64,000 nucleotides of DNA, taken from the NCBI GenBank assembly GCA_046563655.1, contig CM102286.1:3286001-3350000 (forward strand). Reading direction: 5' to 3'. Both the position numbers and the translations under genes were made by a program. This DNA comes from Yuukianura sp. NJ FZ-2021. Taxonomy: Eukaryota. This document shows, piece after piece, positions 13,201 to 25,200 of the stretch; the first letter of the stretch is position 1; every line of letters begins with the position of its first letter. The notes below the pieces were generated by a model. The model ran no database searches and was not told the DNA's origin. It was given only the letters and a program-made list of their open reading frames with translations.

Positions 13201-16200
13201 TGTTTTTACTTCCTCGCAAGAAAGGAATTACAAAATCGTTAGGTTAATGTTAGCATGAACCCAACAAAATAATCTAATGCTACCTAACGAGAAAGCGTTG
13301 CTTAGAATATAATTGCTTTTGGATTAATCACAATGTTAATGAACTCTGTGATCATTTTAGGTTAGAAGACGGAGAAAATAGGGGAAAGTCTATGGACATG
13401 CAATTCTCCACTTTAATTTTACAAAACAACTCCCTTACGGTTGCTTTCCTTCTCGAAAAGAAAGCAAGCCGGAGCGAAAAACCGGGAAGTGAGAAGCCAT
13501 GAACAATTTTTCACCCGCGGATAAATAAAGTGGAGAAAGCCTTTTCAAGTGCTTTTTCAGGTCAAGCTTTCCAAAAGACCAAAAGTGGGATTCGATAAGG
13601 TCAAATGCTCTTTAACCCTACGGCTTCCAGTACAATTCAGGAAGAACTGTAGGCAGGGATAAGCTTTCTTGGCGCCAAACTACGAAATTCAAGCTAAACT
13701 AAGCATGCAACACTTTGAAATAAACGTTGACGTAACCTCTGCGTGACTCCTTAAGAAAATGGCTAATGAGAAGAAAACAGCAAAAAAAAAACAGTGAGGT
13801 TTGGAAATGGCTTTATCGACGTCCTACTGCTCACTTTCAAATAAATAAAAACGGAAATCACATTTTAAAAAACTACTAGAAATAAGTCTAGAGTTTCAGA
13901 ATTGAGTAAATACGGAAACCGTAGAATTGGAGATAAACAATGAAAGCGGAAGTATTTTTTGAAAAAAGGCAAGCTTCTATTCCATTTCATAGTGTGCCAA
14001 TAACTCTACCTGAATATGTGAAGAACGATAGCAAATGTGTGATTATTTTAAAAGTGGTTTGAGTATTCTCAAGTGTCAGTCTTCCATTTTATAAATGGAA
14101 GAAGTTTCATGGAACCCAGTGCTTGAAGCCCTATAAATCCCATCAAATCGCCTTCATCCCCATACAGTATATGCACTCCAGAAAAAAAACCTCTTGAGCA
14201 TCAACATGAAAAATGAAGTGAAGCGGTAATTCTAAATGATCGAGTGAACAACTACGATTTTAATACAAAGTCAGTTGGTGATTTTCTGGTCATAACTTTC
14301 GATCCATTTTGGTTCCACACAAAAATCCTTGACGAAAAAATTTATATTCAAATATGCCTAAAAAATTAAAATGACGGAAAGCGTCGTAACTTTCATATGA
14401 GGTTTCAAGTTAAGTGAAAGTATGCAGCAAATGTTAGTTTGAAAAACGGAGAAAAGTGAGTTGGAAATGAGAAAGTGAACCTGTACCATTTTAGAATATC
14501 TGCACCCAGATTAGAAACTTTTTTTTAGAAAGTTTTTGAGCAGAAGAGTAGTGGAATGTGTCGGTTCTACATAGAAGAAGAAGCTCGGCTAGAGAAAACT
14601 GGAAATACTTTTATGAGGAAATTCTTAGGATCATAAAATCCATTATAAAATGTCGCACCGCAACGCATAGCGTCATAAATCTTTTATCTAAAACTATCTA
14701 TAATTTTGTCTTTTATGTTGAAAGGACAATGAGCAGGAAACTAAACGAACAGAATCTACAAGAAACACGTAGCCCTCTGGGCTTTCTAAAATTTTCGCAC
14801 GGTTTGTTTTTGTTTAGGTGGAGTTTTATTAATTTTAAGACATACTATTCTCACTATAACATACAGATAACAAGTGACATTACTTCAAAGCAAACAGTAG
14901 AGACGTCATGTAGTTCAGCACGTTTTGATTTACAATCATGACAGTTCCACGATCAACATAGTTAAGTGGACCACACCTTAGACAGCAAGGTTGCAACGCT
15001 CTAACTTGCATTCGTCGTTCACGTTGTTTACCTGCAACTTTCAAAAGTTCTAGAATATAGTGTGTTGACGCAACTCTAACTATTGCCGCGTTTGTAAAAC
15101 ACATATTTAAAAATACAAAGCTGAAGGCTGCTATAACCATAATATTGAACATTGAAAAACCAATTTTGAAAAATATTGCAAAGTAAATTGACGTCAGCGT
15201 ACTACCAAGTGCAGCAAATGAACCAAATGGCAACGAGTAAAAATCGTTTACAATAGATATATAAATACGCAGAATATTATAACGATGAATTTCATTCTTA
15301 GGGTAGGATATCTTGAGTCTATTTTTCAGTAACTTTAACGAGAACAAATATTGACAAGTATCAGTCACCATAGTAACAGCCATTACATATTGCATGTACT
15401 TGTAGGTCATCATATACATTTTGATGCAAAAGACTATGCCTACCAGCAAAGTTAAGCCTGTCGCCAACCATGTTGTAGAGTACAGCAATAAATGCAAGTG
15501 AGAAATGACTTCTTGGAGCAACCGATGCGTATCATTATAGTACTTGACGCATACCGAGGCTGTGTAAAGAGTTATAGCAATTTTAAATCCTCTACTGTAG
15601 TTTTGCATTACACGGCATCTGAACACTGATTCTGGGATGTACATTAAGCTTCCTGTGAAAAATAACAATGATGCATTAAGGTAATGTATTAAAATATTCA
15701 GGGATGTCAAAAATATGTGCTAAAAACCCCCGAAATATGGACAAAAAAATATTGTTTTTAAAAATCGACCAAATAGTTACTTATTTAACATTAAGAGCAT
15801 GAACAAATAAATAAATATTTAGAAACAAAAACCCCACAAATATTTTTTTGTTAACATTAAGGATATGGAGACTAAATATGTTTGACATCCCTGGAACTTG
15901 ATGTATACTATGAATATATTTAACCCAACCTTTTGCGATATACAATACAGTGTTCATTGCTTGCTGCCAGTACTTTTTTTGGTAGATGCAGTTGACGTCG
16001 ACACTAATATTGTGGATTGCTGAAAGACATGAACCGAGTAGCGCCAGGGAAAACAGAGTATTAAACTTGAACGAATGATTGATCCCCAACAAACTAAGGG
16101 TTAGAATGACATTGAAAATGTCAAAAACCAGTACAATTAGAGCAATGCGTTGATAACGCTTTGACTCATCTAATATAAAGCAATTTTTGGCATTGGACCA

Positions 16201-19200
16201 CTGTAGAGGATTTTGGTAAGTACTGTATGCATTTTGTATGGAAAGTAACAACAGATCAACAGCACGTCTGGGAATCATTCTGTTGAGAGTCACACAATTG
16301 AGTTCAAAAGGGCAGCTCAGCAGCTACTGGAGCAATACTTATAGTTAACAATTCAGGCTTCAACTGTTTACCTACACGTTATATGGTTTCATGAAGTCCA
16401 ATTTTATTCTGGAAGTAGCTTATCATGTCAGGAAATTTAGATAATTTCCACAACCTTGAATATTTCATTTCACAGAAGTAGGCATTCCGAACGGAGAAGT
16501 AGGAAAAGCAACTTCAAGCTCATCCTTATTGGAGTTCATACGGAAGAATTTTTTTAAAAAGCATATTCTGAAATACTTCCAACCACTCAAGACTCACAAC
16601 AGCTGAAGCAACATTGGTGCTGAAATATTTAATAAAGATTTCAAGGACTTAAACTTAGTGTCAGTAGATAATTTAACGGCATGCGCACTTTACAAGTATT
16701 TCTCATTAGGTTCATCAAATATTTCGTATTTGGTTGAGTGGTCTGCATGCCAATTTCACTCCTCTTATGTCAGTGTATGCTTAAGTCGACCAAACGGAAT
16801 TTTGTTTTAACCAAAGTTTAGAAATATAATTCCCTCTTTACGTCTTGACTTTACACAGTTATACAGGGTAAATAATTCATGCATAAGTAATATGTAGCTA
16901 TTCTGAGCTTGTTTTTAGACCCTTAATACTGATTACACACTAGTAACACTATGCGTACAATGTGATTTCAAATTGCCTTTTCATATACTACGTTTAACAT
17001 GGATTAAGTGTACTTAAAGTCAAAGTCAAAATTTTTCTTCACGCACGCTCAGGCGCTAACAAGTATATTACATTATAGTATTGTTGTATACTAATTTAAT
17101 ATTACAACTGCATTGTTAAAAATATTTAACGCGACTTAATTGCAATTGCTACAGTAACAGTGTAGCTCAGTATGTTCCCATTTGTTGTCATAACCATTGC
17201 ACGATCTACGTGGTTTAGTGGACCACATTTAATGAAAAGTGGGTGTAGAGATTTGGCAACTCTATGCTCCACCGCCATCTTACTGTATCTTTTCCGAAGT
17301 TCAAAAGCATATTGCTCTGACAAGTGATAAACATCAGCCGCCGCAGTGAACGAAATATAAAAAAATGATATTATTACCGTGCAAATTAAAATTATCAAAC
17401 TCATGTACTGGAGTTTGCATCGAAACGCAACGCCATAGTACACCGAACAGAATACAGTACATGCTACCGCAAATGATCCTAATGGTAATTCTGCGTAATC
17501 ACTAATTATTAATGTGACGATGCGAATTGTCTGGTATCTTTGTATTTCCAACTTCGGATGACGTAGTGTTGTAAGCCGCTTACGTATTTGTGGAATAGAG
17601 ACCCAAAATAAAAGAAAACATCTCACAACGAAGGTTACGTTGACATACGGCATATGCTTGAGATATATTAGGTAAAGTTGGATAGCGCATACGGTTGCAA
17701 ATATGATTGATTGAGCGAGTACCAACCATAACGGTAAGTCATAATTAAAGATGCTCGCTATGTTACACGCTACCTTTTGAAGTAGAAGGTATACATCATA
17801 GTAAAGCAGCATGGCGACTCCTATATGCAAACAAACCAGACCACATTTCACTGCCGTATTGAAAAATTTCAGCAATCGTACACAGTTGACAGCCTCAGGG
17901 ATATGCAATGATCGGCCTATGCATAAAACATTAGTATGAGAGAGCGACTATGAAATAAAGCCAAATAAGCATTTTATACGATTTAGGCTTATGTGAGATT
18001 ATTAATTATCGTCAATGCAATTCACCTTCTTCCAATCTGAATAGAAATATGATTGTGCTGATCAGTTGTAGCCAGTACTCTCCTCTGTAGATGTTATTGT
18101 AGTCAAGGCTAATGTTTAACATACAGTAGCAAGAAAAACCTAATAGGATCAGGGACAGTACAGGATTAAAGTTTGATTTATAGTTAAACCATGCCAGTCC
18201 GACAAGTACAATAACAACGGCAATATCTAGTAGGAGGATACACTTTGAAAAAATTCGATACCGCTTTGACATGTCGAGAACATAATAGTTATGTGAATCG
18301 TCCCAAACTAAGGGATTTTGAAATGCCCTATGTGCCTCTTTTATGGACTTCAGTAAGAAGTTGAGGTCACTTCTAAATTTCATTGTAAACCGCCTGTAAA
18401 AACGTTTTTGAGCGTCGTTGTTGTGAGTTGCTTATTGTTCACACTGTAAAGTCAGAACTAGCTATAGATCGAATTTGCGAAATTATTTTGGTGGTGAAAG
18501 TATTTTCCAACGATTCTATTGCAAAATTTAGTAAATTGAGACAGGAAAAGGATGTATTTGATTATTTAAGCGTTTAGCTTCCAACTTTTTTTTTCCCTTG
18601 GCCGCCTGTAAAAATGTTTTTGAGCGTCGTGGTTGTGAGTTGCTTATTGTTCACACTGCAGAGTCAGAACTAGCTATACATCGAATTTGCGAAATTGTTT
18701 TGGTCGGGAATGTATTTTCAACGTTTGTATTACAAAATTTTGTTGAGATTGAGACAGGATTGATGGAAGAAAGGACCGGATGTTCGGATTATTTAAGCGT
18801 TTAGCTTCAAAATTTTTCTTCCTTTGGCCAGTCCAAATTTTGTTTTTAACTGGAAAGCTTACTTTAATAAATAATTAGGGCGCAAGTTGATCAGAAGTAC
18901 AACTTTAATTTTTACGTTTATTATGCGTTTTTTACTAACTACGTCCATTTTTCTTAAAATTTACAACTTAAGAACTTTTCTTCTGCCTTTGTGTCTTTAA
19001 AACCAAATTTGAATAAAAATTCTCTAAAAAATAATTTTATGTTGAACAAGGTTTTCGTATTTAGATCGTATCTTAATCTTAGATTTATTTTGATGTAACC
19101 AAAGAAAAGTTTTGCTTTACTAACATTGAACAAGTTTAACTTTACTAACATTGAACTAACTTGTGAACTAAATCGCTCAATGTGCAATTAAAATTGTGAC

Positions 19201-22200
19201 CATGTCGTTGACTATGTTTCCACTTAGTACTTAGGCTACCATACCATGATCTACAAGATTAATTGGACATCTTATGGTACGAGGCAATGACCTATCTATC
19301 ATGTTGTCATGTTCTCTCTTTCGTTCATTTTCTGAAGCTTAACGATAAGCGAGGGTTAGCACACAAAAGAGAAGCAGATTTAACAAAACATTCAAAACGT
19401 TTATTCGGGAAATCGGTTCAAGAATGGTTTCCATGAATGAAACCATGGTTCCATTAACATTGACTACCATTCCACGGTGTGTATGAAACTATGAGAACCA
19501 CACCTATGGTAAGGATAGTACATACGGTGTTCCGAGTTTAAAAGCAAATGCGTTATTTACCATTTAGTTGTTGACTATGACTACATTGCTTGCAGTGCAA
19601 GTAGAATTGTAACCATGTAGTTTATTATGTTCTCATTTACTTTGACTACCATTCCACGATCTACGAATTTAAGCGGACCACACCGTATGCTACATGGACG
19701 TAAGGACCTAACCTTCAGCCTTCCCAATCTGTCTCGTTCGTTCAATTTGCGTAGTTCAAAAATTAGCGCATTGGAGTTGGCATACACAAGAGAGGCCCAG
19801 GAATGACAAATATTTAAAAATATTACTACAAAGCTAACAAAAGAAATAATGAAGATCATGTATAGTGCTCCAAATCTGAACCCAACTGCATAGTACATGG
19901 AGCAAAATGCAGTGCATGCAGCAGTGTAGGACATTAATGGCAACATTATAAAGTAGCTTAACATTTCAGTAATTATGTAAATTTGTTTGTAGCGAATGTT
20001 TTCAAATTTCCTTTGTCCAATTATTTTCCGCCGACTATGTAACTGGTTAAGCGAAAGCCAAACCAAACTAGGTTGTTGAAATATTAGCGTTACCTCGATA
20101 TACTGAAGATGCTTGCAAGTCATAAGGTAGACTTGAAATGTAACAGAAACAACGGTAATTACAATACAGGCTAGTAGAATTGGAGGTACGTATTCAGTGA
20201 AATTTAAAAGTTTCACAATGGTCAAAATTATCGTTTTGAGTAAAAGTTCAATGTCATTGTAAAATACAATGAAAACAAAGACAACGGAGGCCATTGCAGA
20301 AAACTTCAGTCCAAAATAAAGTGATTTCATCACAAAGACACTGGTGCCAGACTCAGAAATGTATAGAGAATGTCCTAAAAATTACACAAGGCAAATGTTA
20401 GGTAGTCCGCCATTAAATGCATATGAAGTAAGGCTAAAACTATTTAAAAAAACAGAAACACGTTATACCTATTGCTAAATTTTAAATTTTGATATTGGTT
20501 TCAATTGTACCTTTTTTCAGCCTCACCAAAAACAGCAACCTGTTCATAACAATCAGCCAGTTGTCCGCATTGTAGATACTGCAGTAGTCAATGCTAACGT
20601 TATGACAACAGTAGCAACTAAACCCGAAAAATATGAGTGACAGCAACGGATTGAAGTTTGCTTTGTAGTTGACCCAGGCTAGTCCAAGAAGGTAAAAAAT
20701 AAGGCAAATATCCAGTACAAGGATGCAATTTGAAAGAATACGGTACTGTTTTGACTTGTTTAGAACAAAGAAGTCATGGGATTTGTTCCAAAGTAATGGA
20801 CTTTGAAACGTTTTGCGTGCATCCTCAATTGACTTTAGCAACACTTTGACATCTCGTCTTTTCATTTCAACGTATTTTGTTTATCAAGTTTTCAAAAAAA
20901 TTTCTAATGTCCAAGAAAATTTCTGGAGATTGTAGAATATTCGAAGTGTACAAATTTACTGGCTAAAGAAATATTTTTAGAGTGCTTCGATGTGATCTTT
21001 TGTAAGTAGATAAAAGTGCTTCCATAAAGCCAACTTTGACAGACGGGGAAAATTATTTGGACACAACTGCTTTTTTTAACATTGGAATTTACTTAACATT
21101 TTAAAGCATTTCTTTCCAAACATGGTCAATCCTCTAAAACAAGATTAAATTTCTTGAATATTTAAGTTAACTTAGGTTTGGGTTTCCACTTTGCAAAAGT
21201 TGCCATGTTTCTTTTCTTGTTAAATGTTTTTCTGGTTGCCTGAAAAAATTTCTCAAAATTATTTAGTAGTCTCAAGGAAGCGAAAACTGCCAAAAGCGTT
21301 TCTCTGTTGGCATTAGATAAACGATTAACCAAAATACGGGAGGGGACGGCCGGCAACCGTCGAGGCGACATTTGCTTTGAATACTCAGCCTCTCTTAAAC
21401 GTTAAATCATGTTTCGCTTTTGTATTTAAAAGATAAGAAGCTTTGCCTCGTGGATCACACCCCAGGAAATTGAAGAAGGCAGTGTAACTTAAAAGGAATT
21501 TCCAAAAAATTGGAAAAAGTGTTTGACGCCCATGAAAATCCGCAGGCGGACTGCTATTCTCCCAAACGCTGTAAGCAGAGGTACAATTTCACCAAAAGTA
21601 TCACAAACGTCAAAATCTCGAATGATCAAGTTTGTACTCTGAAAAGTTAGTGAACTGGGGTAAAATTAGTGACTGCAACCTCCAAACGATTGATAACCTT
21701 GCAACACGATATATTACAAGAAATTAAATCCTGAATTCATTGCTTTTTATATCGCAAACGCTTTTAAATTTTTGGAAACTCCTTTTCTCATGGCACAATA
21801 AACTCTTGCAAAGCAATAGTACGAACAAGCAAATATTGACGGTAAAATACTTTTATTATAAATATATTTAATTATACGTAATTATACTTAGTTAGACTTG
21901 ATTGAATTGCTACTCCACAGTTCTGCTACATGCACCGTATATGTCACAAGAAGTAATGCACACTGCCTCACATATTTGTAAACTAACGACTTTGTTTCAT
22001 ACAGAAACGTTAAGCCACAAAAACAAAGACCACAGAACATCAAATAAAAACACGTTCTAATATTTCCTTTTAAGTTGATCTTCTTAGGCAGAGTCAATAC
22101 TCTTTTTCTTTTCAAATTTTCTTTTAGAATTTCATCATTTGCCGTTGGATTTCGCACAGGTTGCCATTTCTCCCATAGTTGAAATATCCCAAAAGCCAAA

Positions 22201-25200
22201 TATTTTTGTAATTTTTCATGCACGAATTCGTCAAACATACAAAAGAGTTTTACTATTTCTTGTGATTGATTCCCTTTGCGAAAAAAAATTTGGGATTCTC
22301 CGTTACGACTATTTTGATGATGAGCTAAAAATAAGTTCAGATTAAACTCTACGCCCAGAAGTGCAATTTTCTTACAAGTTGAAAGCATTTGATCCAATTT
22401 TGTAAGAACAAAATGAGTATCAGTTTGGTGTGCCCAAATTTGAAAATATGAATATATATTTGCCATAACAAACTCATTTGGTACATTGTAATGCGGTTGG
22501 CGTTGATCAAGTTTTAATTTGCTGTCTGCAGTCGTGGATTTTTTTACGAGAGCATAGTGGTCGCACATTATGGCTTCGTGCAAGGTCGATGGTAGCAAAA
22601 CCTCCGACGTATTTCTGCAAGTTTTGGGAGTTGTTTGAGTCAGTTTCAGCAGTTGTTGCAATATTGGGTAATTTACGGCGTCAAGGTGAACGTGTTCGTA
22701 ATTTGTATTGAAGTAGGGTGTACAATTACAAACAACTTGGGTTGCGAGTTCAGTTGAATTTACATATGTAATAGTGTGGGCTGGCAATATTTCATCGTAT
22801 GGCAAGTATATGCTGGTCTCAAAATCTTGAATTAAAACAAAACCTTCTAACTGGTTGGCGGTAAAGAAAGTTTGACGAATCGGCAGAGGAGAGGATAAAA
22901 ACGAAACTACTATTCCTTTGTAGGCGTTTGTTAAAACAAGAAGTGCAAGAGTCCACAAAGTGACTACAACAGTTAAAGCGCTTTCTGGATTTTGATTTTG
23001 AGGAAATTTTTGAAAAACGTCAACTACGTTTAATGAAATTACAAAAAAGACGTTTACTGCATAACGCAGAAATTGTTTTACCGCTAACTCAATGTGTGTC
23101 CTAATGTAGAAAGCAGTACAAGTGAGAGCAACCAGAAAACAAAAGAGTGCAGCAGCAAACCAAGAGAACGTGTCAAATGGTGCGGCGTAAAATTCAAACG
23201 TGAGGACTTCACTTGTACCGTCACAAGTTAAGAAATTTACCTTTTCTGTACCAATGACTACAGCAAAACTTGTAGGTGCAATGTGACAATTGGGCGTAAT
23301 ACATCTAAAATCTCCTTCCTTGATTATCAATTCTCTCTTTGCATTAGGAGCTGTGAATTTATTGGCAATGCTCGAAAAAATAAATATTTGAACTTCGTCG
23401 AACACTAGCAATTGAAGGTACTCAAGGAATGTTAGGTTTGAGTTGAGTTGTGCCCGTTTGAATGGATTTAAATGTGTTTTGGATTCAATTTTGACAAATG
23501 GCCCAGTTCCAGGCTGCTCATAGTAGTACTTGTGATTTAGTATATTTCGAACCGCTGGAATTATTTTCATTACAGGAACAGCGAATAGCTGATGAGTGTC
23601 GTTTGTTTTGAAATTAGAAGCTGTGTTATGGTATGTTATATCAGTAATGTTTGTTGCACTATGATAATATTTTGTATTGGTAGTGAGAGGTGCAAGTCTG
23701 GAGAAAACAAGAGGGTTTCTACCAACTAACGAAAAGAGATCATGAAAAAATAAATGCGTACGAGGTAAACTAAAATCTAGGTAATGAACTATTACATTTA
23801 AAGTAAATTTTGAATCGAAGCTAATTAAGTCGTCTATACTTTTACCATGGTATAAGTTGACACAGCGTGGTTTAGACTTTGCTGGACCTTTAGTGAACAT
23901 GTTTTTACCAATGTAGTATGGAGTTACAAAGAATATTGCAAAATATTGGAGCTTACTCGTCCTTGTACCAGCACCAGCCAAATGTACTGCTGCAACTTGT
24001 TTCAGAAGTTTGTCGTTATGATTACAATATATCTTTTGCTTTGTTTTTAAGTAAAACAATTTTACTGGGACTTCAAAGCCTGCTGTAATCTCTGGGTGCT
24101 TGTCATCTCCTGCGACTAACAAATTGTCGCTGTGTGCAAATTGGTTTATCAGAAGATGAAGATTAGTCACTTGGAAAGAATTGTGACTAGCTGTTGCAAA
24201 ATGTACAGCAAATTGCGTTAACAATGTAACCACGGTTGATATACTGAAGAGGTCCATCTTGTCTTGACAAAAGTTGATGCTTACAACCAAGACAAACAAA
24301 AACTGACTGTCGAGCGTGCTTCACAATTTGACCTCCACTTTCAATATCAAAATTGGAAAACTCTAAACTGGAACGCCTTTACCCGTGTCAAATATTTCAA
24401 GATATCAAAATTGAAAAATCCAAAACTGGAACGCCTTTATTCGTGTCTTTTCAAGAAACTTTTAGCATTTGTAACCTTAAGTTTCACTTTAGAAGAGTCG
24501 CCATCGTTTCTGAATTTGTTAAATGTTTTTTGGTTGGCTGAAAAAAGTTCTCAAAATTATTTAGTAGTCTCAAGGAAGCGAAAACTGCCAAAAAGCGTTT
24601 CTCTGTTGGCATTAGATAAACGGTTAACAAAAATACGGAAGAGGACGGCCGGCTACCGTCGAGGCGACATTTGCTTTGAACACTCAGCCTCTCTTAAACG
24701 TTAAATCATGTTTCGCTTTTGTATTTAAAAGATAAGAAGCTTTGCCTCGTGGATCACACCCCAGGAAATTGAAGAAGGCAGTGTAACTTAAAAGGAATTT
24801 CCAAAAAATTGGAAAAAGTGTTTGACGCCCATGAAAATCCGCAGGCGGACTGCTATTCTCGTAGCCCATGTAAGCAGAGGCTCTCGCCTTGGTTCAAGTG
24901 CCATCAGGAAGAAAAAAGTTTTTCCTGTTACATTTTTTGCCTTACCGTATTGTTCTCTTTGTCTTTTTTTTTCAATTTGCCGCTTCTTTGCCCTGATTCG
25001 ATTTGAATGATTTCTTGGATCTTTGATGCAACACAACGTCTAACAATATACAAACAACAGAACACAGAAAGCAACCTTGTCTTCAAAATAAATTCAAAAT
25101 GGCTTTTTTGAATTTTTTTTTATTTTGGAAAAGAGTAGAAAATGCGTTTTGTTTTTTCACACTTGTGTAGGAACATGTTCAGAGGTGGGAATTCTTGTCA

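Noticed and set aside
21217..24880. Autonomous LTR retrotransposon
   Set aside because: No gag/pol sequence, and no clear TSD, PBS or PPT; kept only as a direct-repeat finding.
24264..25036. ORFs of 61-146 aa overlapping the second direct repeat
   Set aside because: No recognisable domain, and the frame is not conserved in the first repeat copy (a 1-nt indel in the A-run after ACTGCC).
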